A DNA stretch of 64,000 nt. Source: Eledone cirrhosa (Eukaryota). Numbering within the stretch: position 1 is the stretch's first letter; every line of letters begins with the position of its first letter. Positions 1 through 15,498 of the stretch are shown piece by piece. The translations under genes were made by a program, and so were the position numbers. Under the pieces are notes generated by a model that was not told the DNA's origin, did no database searches, and worked only from the letters and a program-made list of their open reading frames with translations. The stretch is taken from positions 216,008,001-216,072,000 of the forward strand of contig OZ024741.1 of NCBI GenBank assembly GCA_964016885.1. Direction: 5' to 3'.

Positions 1-11
1 GTGTACAGTGT

Positions 12-1519
<1,508 letters not shown>

Positions 1520-1546
1520 TAACTCGTGTGCCTCCTCTCCGCATTT

Positions 1547-1706
<160 letters not shown>

Positions 1707-1744
1707 TATAATGTACACACACACACACATACACACACACACAC

Positions 1745-1983
1745 ACGGAGGAGACTGAGGTTAGGTGGACATGCTCACCGACATCCAGAGTTGACACTGC
1801 ACTCAGTGCTCCTGTGGGAGCCCCTGCATGGACATACTGGAAGTGGAAGACCAAGGTTAAAGTATCTAGTTGGCCTAAGAACAGACACTGGTCTGTTGGA
1901 GTCGCAGGACATGGCAGCGATAATGAGGGATAGAGACCGCTGGAGTGAACTCGTCCATGGATCTCGGGAATTTTACCCGCCCT

Positions 1984-1985
<2 letters not shown>
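1745..1985 (+). mobile_element. RTE-clade LINE 3' stub
   Basis: [11 protein letters not shown]...GRPRLKY...[11 protein letters not shown] matches the RTE ORF C-terminal pattern RLRxxGH...GRP...DRxxW. Confidence 0.7.
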
Positions 1986-3165
<1,180 letters not shown>

Positions 3166-3659
3166 TATATATATATAAAGTTGTAGTTCCTGTCTGTTTG
3201 TTTGTTTCTTTGTTTTTCACGAACTCCTCCTATGGTTTTCGAGATAGACCTCATAACTATATATATTCTGAAACGACATTGCCCGGGGTACATGGATAAT
3301 TATATTTTATTTTAATCAAAGGGTTCCCCGGCGGCACAAACCCTCGCTGAAAATATTTTGCCTTCGATTTATATGAAATGATAAGATCTGATGCCTATTC
3401 ACAAGTTTTGAATTGATATTTTGAAAAAAATTCTTTACAAGAAACAAAATAAGAATAAGATTTAATAATGTAATTTTGATTTGATATATTACAAAAAATA
3501 ATATTTTCCAATGTTTCATGCATTACATTTTACATTGAGTAATATTGAAATGCAGGGGTTTTCTCCATAAATTATATCACTGATTTAAAATCAATCATCT
3601 TTTTCTTACAAGGCGCCTCTAATTCGGCTAAGTATATATATATATATATATATATATAT

Positions 3660-4475
3660 GTAGGAGGTGAGTTTTATTGTAGTACAATAAAGCAATGCAG
3701 ATATCGGATAAGAAGCACTCTACAGTTTGTGGGACTGGAGTATGCATAATATAAGATCAAAAGATGGTTAAAGGAGTTCAATATATTTAGAAGAAGAGGT
3801 GAAGGACCATCAAAAGGTATCCAATATGAGAGTAAGCGCTCAACCGTTAAGGAGCAAGTAAATGTAGGAGGTGAGTTTTATTGTAGTACAATAAAGCAAT
3901 GCAGATATCGGATAAGAAGCACTCTACAGTTTGTGGGACTGGAGTATGCATAATATAAGATCAAAAGATGGTTAAAGGAGTTCAATATATTTAGAAGAAG
4001 AGGTGAAGGACCATCAAAAGGTATCCAATATGAGAGTAAGCGCTCAACCGTTAAGGAGCAAGTAAATGTAGGAGGTGAGTTTTATTGTAGTACAATAAAG
4101 CAATGCAGATATCGGATAAGAAGCACTCTACAGTTGTACTACAATAAAACTCACCTCCTACATTTACTTGCTCCTTAACGGTTGAGCGCTTACTCTCATA
4201 TTGGATACCTTTTGATGGGCCTTCACCTCTTCTTCTAAATATATTGAACTCCTTTAACCATCTTTTGATCTTATATTATGCATACTCCAGTCCCACAAAC
4301 TGTAGAGTGCTTCTTATCCGATATCTGCATTGCTTTATTGTACTACAATAAAACTCACCTCCTACATTTACTTGCTCCTTAACGGTTGAGCGCTTACTCT
4401 CATATTGGATACCTTTTGATGGTCCTTCACCTCTTCTTCTAAATATATTGAACTCCTTTAACCATCTTTTGATCT

Positions 4476-4483
<8 letters not shown>
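3660..4483. repeat. 204-bp unit: about 2.3 tandem copies followed by about 1.7 inverted copies
   Basis: gtaggaggtgag recurs at 3660, 3864 and 4068. From about 4135 the sequence is the reverse complement of the unit. Both ends abut (TA)n. Confidence 0.95.
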
Positions 4484-4513
<30 letters not shown>

Positions 4514-4551
4514 AGGAGGTTATAGTTCACTTGAAGCATTGTGTAATGAGG

Positions 4552-4984
4552 TATAAACGTTAGAATATGTGTAATAAGGCCAAGACAATGCAGATATGGA
4601 CATAGAAAGAAGAATGCAATAGTGAAAGATATTGATGAGAATTCGTCTTTCACCTTGAATTTATTTAAATGTCCTTAATTTTCGAGATAATATCTCTTCT
4701 TCGGAGGGAAGTAAAAGTCTCAGACCAGCGTCTAAATTTCCAATGAAGCCATGCTTCATTGGAAGCATGGCTTCATTGGAAGCATGGCTTCATTGGAAAT
4801 TTAGACGCTGGTCTGAGACTTTTACTTCCCTCCGAAGAAGAGATATTATCTCGAAAATTAAGGACATTTAAATAAATTCAAGGTGAAAGACGAATTCTCA
4901 TCAATATCTTTCACTATTGCATTCTTCTTTCTATGTCCATATCTGCATTGTCTTGGCCTTATTACACATATTCTAACGTTTATA
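4552..4984. repeat. Fold-back with arms of about 205 bp, derived from a PLE 3' end
   Basis: 4552-4757 is the near-perfect reverse complement of 4779-4984. The apex has a duplicated 17-mer, ggaagcatggcttcatt. The arm is homologous to 47370-47545. Confidence 0.95.
4829..4863 (+). ncRNA. Minimal type-I hammerhead motif, CCGAAGA core (mirror copy 4673-4707 on minus)
   Basis: cct-CCGAAGA-a-gagat/att/atctc-GAAA-attA-agg. Stem I is cct/agg, stem III is the palindrome AAUU, and the cleavage triplet is UUA. Confidence 0.7.
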
Positions 4985-5019
4985 TATATATATATATATA
5001 TACACAATCACACACACCC

Positions 5020-5054
<35 letters not shown>

Positions 5055-5057
<3 letters not shown>

Positions 5058-8000
5058 TGAATGTCAGAGGCCTGGTGAAACTCAGTAACATGAGTAAAAT
5101 TTCCTACCTGGGAGACTTAGCCATAAGCAATCAAGCATTATGCTTGGCACTAACCGAAACGCACATGACAAGCAATATAGCGGGTGCAGAAATACATATA
5201 AATACATATACCGAAATACACTGTATTTCGTTCGGACAGGAAGGAGAGAACTCATGGTGGGGTTGCTCTGTATATCCGTGAAGATGTCACACCAATTGTA
5301 CTGTTGACACATTCAAACTCAGTCTGTGACACACTGATAGTACATATGAAGCAACTACAGACAGTAATATGTGTCACAGATCGGCCGCCCGATGCCCCCA
5401 GTCATGAGGGTAAATTTGAGGATAGCCTAAGTAGGATAGAAGAGGTCCTTGACAAACTGGACCAGGGTCTCAATATTCTACTGCTGGGAGACTTCAACCT
5501 ACCAAAGGTCAAATGGCCTGAGGGCCACCTCCTCCCTGGAATGACGTCAATAGAACAGAGACAGACGGAATCCCTGCTGGCCCTCACACACAGGCTGTTC
5601 ATGGAGCAAGCAATACTCCTCCCAACAAGAGGCGAAAATGTCCTGGACCTCTGTTTTACAAACAACGAAGTGCTCATCCACAATGTAAAGGTGACACCAA
5701 CAATTATCTCGGATCATAACATAGTAGAGCTAATGATATGTGGTCCAAGAGAACCAACAGAGACAAAACCACCAAGAAGTTCCGGGACGTTATCCAGCCT
5801 TAACTTCTACAAGGCTAACTGGAAAAAGATTAAGAGAGAAATCCGGAAGCAAACATGGAGTGAAAACACAAGACACTAACACACATTTTCAACACTTCAT
5901 GACAACGATACACACTATATGCAAAAGGTTTGTCCCGGAGAAAAAGGCAAACAGACACAAAAATCTTATTCCCAGAGATATGAAAATCCTTATGAGACGT
6001 AGAACCAAATTCTCAAACCAGTTGAATAGTCAACAAAACAAAAACAAGAAGGAATCCTATTTGAAATGTGCATTACTTGGCACCGAGATTGCACTCAAGC
6101 TTTCCCATGAGAATGAGAGGGCAAAGAAAGAGAACAGGGCCATAGAAAACATTAAAAAAAACCTAAGGGCTTCTTTAAATTTGCAAAAGAAACTGCCTCA
6201 GTACACTGCAAGATTGGGCCACTCTTCATTAACCGAAAACCCCCAAGAGATATGTGAAATACTGAACGAACAGTACAAAAGTGTGTTCACATGTCCACTG
6301 AGGCACATGCAAATAACGAAGCCAGAGGAGTTCTTTGATGCCACAACACTACATGAAGAAATGGCAACCATCAACCACATAGACATAACGGAGGAGGATG
6401 TGGTGTACGCCATTGATGAAATTAGAACAGACTCGGCTGCTGGACCTGATGGATTCCCAGCAGTTCTCTTAAAAATATGTAAGCGGGCCTTAGCAACTCC
6501 ACTGAAGATGCTCTTCAGAAGCTCCTTGGCTAGCGGTGTACTACCCAGGGAGCTGAAAGAAGGCACAATATGCCCTATCCATAAAGGAGGTAGCAGAGCG
6601 GAGGCCAAAAACTATAGGCCAGTCTCCCTGACGTCGCATATCAGTAAGGTCATGGAGCGAGTTGTCAGAAAGAAACTGATCACTTTCCTCGAGGAAAATG
6701 ACCGCCTGACTAGCACGCAACATGGCTTCCGCCCAGGAAGAAGCTGCCTTACACAGCTGCTACATCACTACGACTGGGTACTGAAACAACTACTAGACAG
6801 CTCACATGTGGACGTGATATATCTTGACTTTGCGAAGGCCTTTGACAAGGTCGACCACGGAATGATATGTCACAAACTACACGGACTCGGCATAACTGGA
6901 AAAGTAGGTGAGTGGCTGCATGACTTCCTAAGGGACAGAAGCCAGGCAGTCGCAGCAAATGGGGGCCTCTCAAAGGAAACACCAATAACAAGTGGGGTGC
7001 CCCAGGGGACAGTCCTGGGACCACTACTGTTTTTGGTGGCTCTCTCAGACATGCCCTCTGTAGTACATACAACAACATCCCTCACTAGCTATGCTGATGA
7101 CACTAAGGTAGCACAGGCAATCAAAAACCCGGCTGACGCTGCCCTTTTACAGTAGGATCTGGATGCCATATACAAATGGGCGGAAGTAAACAACATGCAG
7201 TTTAATGCTGGCAAATTCCAAGCCCTACAATACAAACCTCCAAACAAACCTGCAAACACAAATATAGTAGAACACAACTACACAGGACCAGGAGGGACCG
7301 ATATCCCCGTGTCAAAATCGATACGAGACCTGGGCATAGACATGAGCGATGATGCATCTTTTTCTTCACACATCATGAAAGTGGCGACAATGTACAGACG
7401 ACTAGCTGGCTGGATCTTGAGGACTTTCCGGACAAGAGATCGAGACACCATGTTGCCACTATGGAGGACATTTGTCCTAAGCTGCCTGGACTACTGCTCC
7501 CAGTTGTGGTCATCCCATAGTGTCAAACTAACCACGGAGCTTGAGGCAATCCAGCGAAGCTACACCAAGAGGATTGCCAAGATGAGGGAGACAAGCTACT
7601 GGGAGAGGCTAAAGGAACTGAACCTCTACTCCTTGGAACGAAGACGGGAGAGATACGCAGTGATCTACATGTGGAAAATCCTGGAGGGACTAGCACCAAA
7701 CTTTGGCATTGGGAGCTGGACCAACCGTCGAACAGGACGTCACTGTGTGGTGCCAAAGGTTCCGTCTTCCACATCTAGAATAAGGAGCAGGTATTGCAAT
7801 AGCCTGGGATTCAAGGGCCCTCAACTCTTCAACAAGCTGCCGAGGGATCTGAGAGATTTGCATGACGTGGAGGTGGATGTCTTCAAGAAACATCTCGACA
7901 CCTTGTTATCCAGGATCCCGGATGAGCCCACAGCAAGACACGAGGGAAACCTAAGGGCAGCAGCAACAAACTCCCTCTTACACCAGTGGCCAACCTATAC

Positions 8001-8078
8001 AGGCTGGAGATAAAATGTGTAGCAACAAGGGCGGTGCCCCAGCATGGCCTCAGTCGGATGGCTGAAACAGGTAAAAGA

Positions 8079-8080
<2 letters not shown>
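5055..8080 (+). mobile_element. Decayed CR1/L2-group LINE (APE endonuclease plus RT) inserted in (TA)n
   Basis: APE motifs: LNVRGL, LTETH, GDFNLP, LDLCF, SDHN. RT motifs: YRPVSLTS, QHGFRPGRSC, YLDFAKAFDKV, GVPQGTVLGPLLF, YADDTK. There are frameshifts and a stop at about 7153. Confidence 0.92.
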
Positions 8081-8109
<29 letters not shown>

Positions 8110-8111
<2 letters not shown>

Positions 8112-9590
8112 CAATTTTGTTAACATTATTTTGAAACCACTATGTATTCACATACCCAGTTTCATCCGGCATAATATCGACTTCCTGTCCCATCTTCCCA
8201 AAACCACGGAACTGAATTCACTTCTACTTAGTTTTGATGTGGTAAGCCTTTACACCAACATTACACATGATTTAGCAATAAAGGCGGTTAAATACTGGGT
8301 GGAAAAACATAGAGAAGTGATTCCCACCAGATTCCCAGCGCCATTTATATTATACGCAATCAAATTTATTCTGGAAAACAACGCTTTCTTCTTCGATGGA
8401 GAGAATAACATCTAAATTAGAGGCATAGCGATGGGAACGAAGTTTGCTCCCGTTTACGTGAACTCTGTAATGAGATATTTAGAACAACAAATAGAGGAAA
8501 CATATAGCACTAACTTTAGAAAGTACATTGAAAAGTCTAAGAAGAGATACCTTGACGACTGTTTCATCTTCTGGACAGAATCTCTAGATACTCTGGATGA
8601 GTTCAATATCCTCCTGAATAACCTACACTCATCTGTCCAATTCACAAAAGAGATGAGTAGTACGAAATTACCATTCCTAGATATAATGGTAATCAAAAAC
8701 GACACCACCATTACCACGGATATATATTATAAACACAGACACCCATCAATATCTGAATTTTAAGTCGTGCCATCCACCTCATACAAAATGCAACATCCCA
8801 TACTGCCTAGCCAGAATAATTTGTACCATTGTAGAAGATACGAATACCAGGAACAAATGCCTAACAGAACTGAGAGAATTGTTGCTCAAACAAAAATACC
8901 CATCTCTACTTATATAAAATGGCATACAGCGGGCTATAAAAATACCTATACAACAACTTAGGACAACCCAAGGAAGAAGAAACCAAGAACTGGTCAAACC
9001 ATTTATAATGATACACAACCCATGTCACCAGAATATCTTCAACACTGCCAAAGCAAACCTACCGATCATTGCTCAAAGTAATAAATTAAAAGGTTTAATC
9101 ACAGACCGATCTTTGACCCTTAGTAAAAGAGAGCCGAAAAAGTTGAAGCAATTATTAACAAAGGCAAAGTTTACCCTTAACAACAAAGACCAATCATTCA
9201 CTGTATCTAAATGCAATGATAGTCGATGAGGCACATGTCAATCCATACACACTGGTCAATATATGAACACAAAAACTGGAAAAATATTCCCAAATGCAAA
9301 TATGATCTGCAAAAGCAGAAATATATTTTACTGCATTAAATGCCCGAATTGTGAAAAACTATATGTCGGTCAAACTGGAAATGCACTATCGGAACGTGCA
9401 CTGGTGCACCGACAGCAAATCAGAGACCCAAATGTCCGTCAGATGTCCCTGAGTAACCATCTAGCAACATGTGGTCAGAAAATATTTATAATATTTCCAT
9501 TCTAGAAATTACACAGCACAAGTGAAATCAAGAGAAAAATTAAAGAAAAGAATTTTATTGATAAATTCCAACCCAAGCTAAATGAACAAT
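8110..9590 (+). pseudogene. Penelope-like (Neptune-type) RT plus GIY-YIG, 5'-truncated and disrupted
   Basis: SFDVVSLYTNI, MGTKFAP, RYLDDCF, LPFLD, DIYYK, and NIFYCIKCPNCEKLYVGQTG, spread over several frames. Confidence 0.9.
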
Positions 9591-10120
9591 AATAATGCTT
9601 AGGGGTATTACTTCTACTATGACTACGCCTACGACCATGTCGACTACCACTACTAACAACAACAACAACAACAATAATAATAATAAAAGTGATGTCGATG
9701 GTGATGATTACTGAAGACTTTTTATAAAAACCCTAGAAAATGCTATTTTCATCATTTCTAAAAATAGCAAAACAATTGATGCTTTGGATTAGACATGCTC
9801 AACCAACCGTGACGCCTAAACCAGTAATCCAGTGACACTACACACCGATTGGTCGAAATACCGTTGAAAATTGCAAACTTGACTGTCACCACAGAATATG
9901 TACCGAAAGCATGAAAGTACTTGTTCAATTAACACTTAACATTTAATATTCTACCATACTATTTCATTATAATATCATTATAATTTTAAAGGATTGTAAA
10001 TAAAACAAGTAAATCAGACAAAGTTGGAATTCATTTTATTAATATATATATATATATAATTTGAAAGTGAGGTTTTTTTTACAAAATGAAAAAAAACGAG
10101 GTGTCCTACACGAGTGAAAG

Positions 10121-10409
10121 TATAAGGAAAAAAGATGAAATCGAAAATGCAACTGGAGTCTTTTTTTTTAAATATATATTTATTTGGTTCCTTTACCGGT
10201 TTCTCAGTTCTTCTGCTTTTCAAAAGTAGAATTGAGATGGAGGGTCTGTGGTTTTTCTCACAACAGATGTGAGAAAAACCACAAAGCCTCCATCTCAATT
10301 CTACTTTTGAAAAGCAGAAGAACTGAGAAACCGGTAAAGGAACCAAATAAATATATATTTAAAAAAAAAGACTCCAGTTGCATTTTCGATTTCATCTTTT
10401 TTCCTTATA
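10121..10409. repeat. Fold-back with arms of about 140 bp (family shared with 24349-24655)
   Basis: 10121-10262 versus 10269-10409 are reverse complements with a few mismatches. The left arm extends about 60 bp further to a (TA)n tract. Confidence 0.95.
10304..10339 (+). ncRNA. Hammerhead motif with U3-A8 core variant (mirror copy 10191-10226 on minus)
   Basis: ctt-TTGAAAA-gcag/aagaa/ctga-GAAA-ccggtA-aag. Stem III is the palindrome ACCGGU, the site is GUA, and stem I is ctt/aag. The paralogue at 24.4-24.5 kb has a perfect gcag/ctgc stem II. Confidence 0.65.
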
Positions 10410-10446
10410 TATATGGAGAGAGAGTGAGAGAGAGAGAGAGAGAGGG

Positions 10447-10538
<92 letters not shown>

Positions 10539-10623
10539 GAGATGACTAATGAAACCAAGCAAATACAAGGATGCGAAAATACAAAGTCTTATTAGGTTCA
10601 GGCTTTGAGGAAGCGGAGAAGGA

Positions 10624-10657
10624 TTCTACGTTTCGGACGGAAGTCCTTCATCAGGAA
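10624..10657 (-). ncRNA. Minimal type-I hammerhead ribozyme
   Basis: Minus strand: ttc-CTGATGA-a-ggac/ttcc/gtcc-GAAA-cgtA-gaa. Confidence 0.8.
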
Positions 10658-11595
10658 AGTTCGAATAAGGCGAGAACAGGTATGTACATGAAGTTAGGAA
10701 AGGTGTCATTAGAAGAGATTGATAGGTTGGGGGTTGTAGGGGAGAGGTCCGGCATTTTGATGGGGGGGGGGGGGGGGCAAAGTGGCGGGTGTCAGGTGTT
10801 TCATGGGTGTAGCTGTGTGTGTATGTATGAGAGAGGGACAGAGAGAGACAGTCAGACAAACAGAGAGAAATGAGCTTTTGTAATTGGCTTGAAGAATTGT
10901 ACAAAGTGTATAAAATAATGTTGTGTTTAAAAGCTACCACGATATGAATTGGATGATAACAATGATATCGAGATGTAAGCTTGCAGTTCTTTATATGTTT
11001 TTAGATTTCGGGAAAAAATCCCTTTATTAAAAGATTAATACACGAAACTACTTTGCAGTAGTATATCTTTTTGACTCTCCTTATCTTAAGATCTTCATCC
11101 TCGTTGATATATGCTTGATCTGTTCACCAACTATTGTGGATTTTATAAATAATTTTGTTAAACATTTTCCAGTTTCAGAGTGGAATGGCACTAATGATAG
11201 AAGAGCAATTAACAAAGTAACTGGGTGGGTCTCATAAATTATCTCCGGATGATGGCGGTCCGAAAGCGATTATTAAATATGACTAAAAGCTTTATTACCT
11301 GTGTAGATTCTTGGGAGAATTCCTCCTACTTTATACATCTAATAGTTTTTATTCCAATACCAGTCACCTTGTGCAGATATTAAATCATATTATAGTATTT
11401 CTAACTTCTTCATATGTTTTTCTTCTTCCATGTGATAATGGTTAAGTGATCTGTAAACGTGGCAATCTCATTTTCTCTTATCAATTTATTCCTTTTTAAA
11501 CACCTTTCAGCATTTCACTTCTTTCTCCAGCAATCTGGGCAAGTATAATAATGAAAATAATAATAACAACAACAACAATAATTATAATAATAATA

Positions 11596-11794
11596 ATTGT
11601 TTCTACTTTTGGCACAAGGCCAGCGATTATCCCAGTACATTACTGGTACTTTATTTTATCGACCCCGTAAGGATGAAAGGCAAAGTTAACCTTGGCGGGA
11701 TTTGAACTCAGAACGTAAAGGGACGTAACTATGCTGTAAAGAACTGATACTACCAATTCACCGCCCGTATAAAAACAACAACAACAACAACAAA

Positions 11795-11863
<69 letters not shown>

Positions 11864-12050
11864 TGTTTCTACTTTAGGCACAAGGCCAGCAATTATCCAG
11901 TGCATTACTGGTACTTTATTTTATCGACCCCGTAAGGATGAAAGGCAAAGTCAACCTCGGCGGGATTTGAACTCAGATCGTAAAGAGACGTAACTATGCT
12001 GGAAAGCATGGCGTCTGACCCTCTACCGATACTGCCAATCCACCGCCCCG
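11596..12050 (-). mobile_element. Two tandem tRNA-derived SINE copies (11596-11767, 11862-12050) separated by (AAT)n
   Basis: Minus strand has an A-box-like tggcagtatcggtag, a B-box gagttcaaatccc, a core gcctttcatccttacggggtcgataaaataaagtacc, and a tail ggccttgtgcc.aaagtagaaac. Confidence 0.85.
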
Positions 12051-12103
12051 TAATAATAATAATAAGAATAATAATAATAATAATAATGATGATGATGATG
12101 ATG

Positions 12104-12201
<98 letters not shown>

Positions 12202-12805
12202 TACAACCATCTTAGTCTTTGCTGTTTGACCAGTGAAATATTTACAGCTAGTGTCCTGACATTTGGCATTACCGACAGCAGGAATCGGCACAACTATATT
12301 AACGGCGATTAGAAGAACAGAGAAAGAATTACAAATTGGTCCGTTTTTGCGGTCATTAAGCATTTATATTGCCTTATGGTACCATTCACTTATTGTCGAC
12401 CACCAAGAGGATTCTTCCCTTTGTGCAATGGAGCCTGCTAAAGTTAGCGATTATATTTTGTGGCATAATTGAAGGTGGTCGTTCTGCCATTACGACTGAC
12501 TGACACATGATCACATGATCACAGTGAAAAGGGAGACTTCAGATATCGTTTGTTCATGCAACACTGGATATCGTTGGCTTTTATGATTAAAGTGTGAATA
12601 TCGGTAGGAAGAGGGTGAAATAACGAACAACGTGAATTGGTTAGCCATTTAAAATCCTAAATAATTTTAGCTCGGGGAAAGAACGAGGAAATAAAGTTTA
12701 GTGGAGCAGCACAAGCAATATGGCTGAAATAAAGATCACCAGCTGGTGACTTACTTTTCTACAAGTCAACTTCGTCTGCTGAAATAACTGCTAAATAATT
12801 TGAGT

Positions 12806-12960
12806 GCAGGCATGGCAGTCTAGTTAAGGAGATTGTTTAACAACAACCTTAGTTTGAGAGTTCAATTCCATTGTGCATGGCAGGCACATTAGGTAAACAT
12901 TTCGGATTTACCAAAGCCTTGTACGTGGAATTTTGTAGACGGAAAACGTAGAAACCCGCC
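12806..12960 (+). mobile_element. Degenerate tRNA-derived SINE (second family)
   Basis: gcaggcatggc...gagttcaattcc...caaagccttgt...ttgtagacggaaa...gaaacccg. A related copy lies on minus at about 63745-63865. Confidence 0.55.
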
Positions 12961-13489
12961 ATATATATATATTTCTATGTGTGTGTGTGCGTGTGTGAGA
13001 GAGACAGAGAGAGAGAGGGGGAGAGAAAGAGAGAGAGAGATAGAGAGAGAGGGGAGAGAGAGAGAGTCGAAAAGGAAAAGCAGCGTAGGGGAATGATACA
13101 GTACAATGAAGATATATATTAGTTTAACACTTGATATAGTAGGGAAAGAGTCTTTGCGTTTCGGGCGTTAGTCCGTCATGTATATATATATATGTGTATA
13201 AAAGTGTATGTATGTGTGTGTGTGTGTGTTTGTGTGTGCGTGCGTGTGTATGTGTTAGGAAGCTTGTGTGTATTCGTGTTTACGTTTATGTCTGTGCTTA
13301 TTACCCGAGTAAGAAAATATTTACTAAGAATACAATTTCATTGGTGAGAAAATGTTAAAAGACAAACTCAAAAGACATCTAGAAAAACATAGACAACAAC
13401 CCAGAAGAGGAGAATGCGTCCTATTAGTTTATAAACCAAATAGCAAACATACTATGCACACACATACACACACACTCACAGACACACAG

Positions 13490-13520
<31 letters not shown>

Positions 13521-13542
13521 AATATATATATATATATGTATA

Positions 13543-13598
<56 letters not shown>

Positions 13599-14034
13599 CA
13601 TATATATATGTATATATATATATACATATATATATACTTTTTTTATATATAGAGAGAGAGAGAGAAAGAGAGAGAGAGATAGAGAGAGAGAAAGTGAAAG
13701 AGAAAGAGAGAGTCACTTTCATGAATGTACTCACACGACTGAAAACCAACATACATATACAATCACATACATATACCTACACATACATATACACATACAC
13801 ATACACATACACACAAGTACTAAATGTATAACACAAATATAATAAAATACTAGTCGGCTTGGCGATAACAATAAGCAAGAAAGACGAACATAAAATGGCG
13901 GCGCAGTAAATAAATTCGGTGTTTGTAGTCATGTGTATACATAGTTGCATACAAATAGTGAAATTCAAACGCCATACTTCCTGCTGGAGAAACTAAAGCT
14001 GTGTTAAGACCATCATTATAATTCTATCCATGTT

Positions 14035-14249
14035 CTAACATCAACTACATCATCAGCAACAACATCAACAACATCATCATCAGCAACATCAACTACATCA
14101 ACAACAACAACATCATCAGCAACGAAAACAACTACAACAACAAAAACAACTACACCGACAACAACAACACACAAAAACAACAACATCAATAAGTACCACA
14201 AAGAAAACAACAAAAACAACAAAATCAACAAAGACCACAACAACTGCAG

Positions 14250-14325
<76 letters not shown>

Positions 14326-15080
14326 AACAGCAGCAACAACAACAGCAACAACAACAACAACAACAGCAACATCAACGAAAACAACAACACCAACCACTAC
14401 TACTACAAAAACAACTACAACAACAACGAAGACAACAACAACCACAACGAGGCAACTAAAATAAGTAATCAAATAAAATGAAATAATAAAGAAAAGAAGA
14501 GAGGGGGAAAGGAAAGAAGACAGATTGAAAGGAAAGAAGAGAGAGTGAAAGGAAAGAAGAGAGAGAGTGAAAGGAAAGAAGAGAGAGTGAAAGGAAAGAG
14601 AGAGTGAAAGGAAAGAGAGAGTGAAAGGAAAGAGAGAGAGTGGAAGGAAAGAAGAGAGTGAAAGGAAAGAGAGAGTGAAAGGAAAGAGAGAGAGTGGAAG
14701 GAAAGAAGAGAGAGTGAAAGGAAAGAGAGAGAGTGGAAGGAAAGAAGAGAGAGTGAAAGGAAAGAAGAGAGAGTGAAAGGAAAGAAGAGAGAGTGAAAGG
14801 AAAGAGAGAGTGAAAGGAAAGAGAGAGTGAAAGGAAAGAATAGAGAGTGAAAGGAAAGAGAGAGAGTGGAAGGAAAGAAAAGAGAGTGAAAGGAAAGAAG
14901 AGAGAGTGAAAGGAAAGAAGAGAGAGTGAAAGGAAAGAAGAGAGAGTGAAAGGAAAGAGAGAGTGAAAGGAAAGAGCGAGAGTGAAAGGAAAGAAGAGTG
15001 AAAGGAAAGAAGAGTGAAAGGAAAGAAGAGTGAAAGGAAAGAAAAGAGAGTGAAAGGAAAGAGAGTGAAAGGAAAGAGAG
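14035..15080. repeat. (ACA)n-type repeat followed by a polypurine minisatellite (gagagtgaaaggaaa)n
   Basis: Directly visible. The minisatellite spans about 14490-15080. Confidence 0.95.
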
Positions 15081-15418
15081 ACGTTATCTGTTGTGTTCTA
15101 CCGTGGTTGGACATTTTACGGTCGATAAAATGAATTATCGGACTTAGCGTTTCACTTCGTACTACTAACTCGGTTACATTTATTTTGCTTCTTTCTTTTT
15201 TCTTTCTTCTTCTTCTTCTTCTTCTTCTTCTTCTTCTTCTTCTTCTTCTTCTTCTTCTTCTTCTTCCCTACAGCCTCCTCTTCCTCATCCTGATCTTCAT
15301 CCTCCTTTTTTCTTCCTCCTCTTTCTTATCATTATTTGTTTAATCCGCCATTCATTTTCATCCGTTGTCATTTACATGTTATATATTGATGTTTACTAGG
15401 GAAATCATGTATGTATAT

Positions 15419-15498
<80 letters not shown>

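Noticed and set aside
3660-4135. Regularly spaced repeats as a possible CRISPR array
   Set aside because: Whole units are identical with no unique spacers, and the context is eukaryotic.
10014-10540. Near-identical peptides on both strands (MVPLPVSQFF...)
   Set aside because: They follow from the fold-back symmetry and are not genes.
12200-12472. Possible host exon (ORFs 11905-12363 and 12263-12472)
   Set aside because: No recognisable domain or convincing splice context. This needs RNA-seq or BLASTX.
13890-13990. YY1-like aaaatggcggc motif (similar at about 44011) as a host promoter
   Set aside because: It is an isolated short motif with no adjacent recognisable exon.
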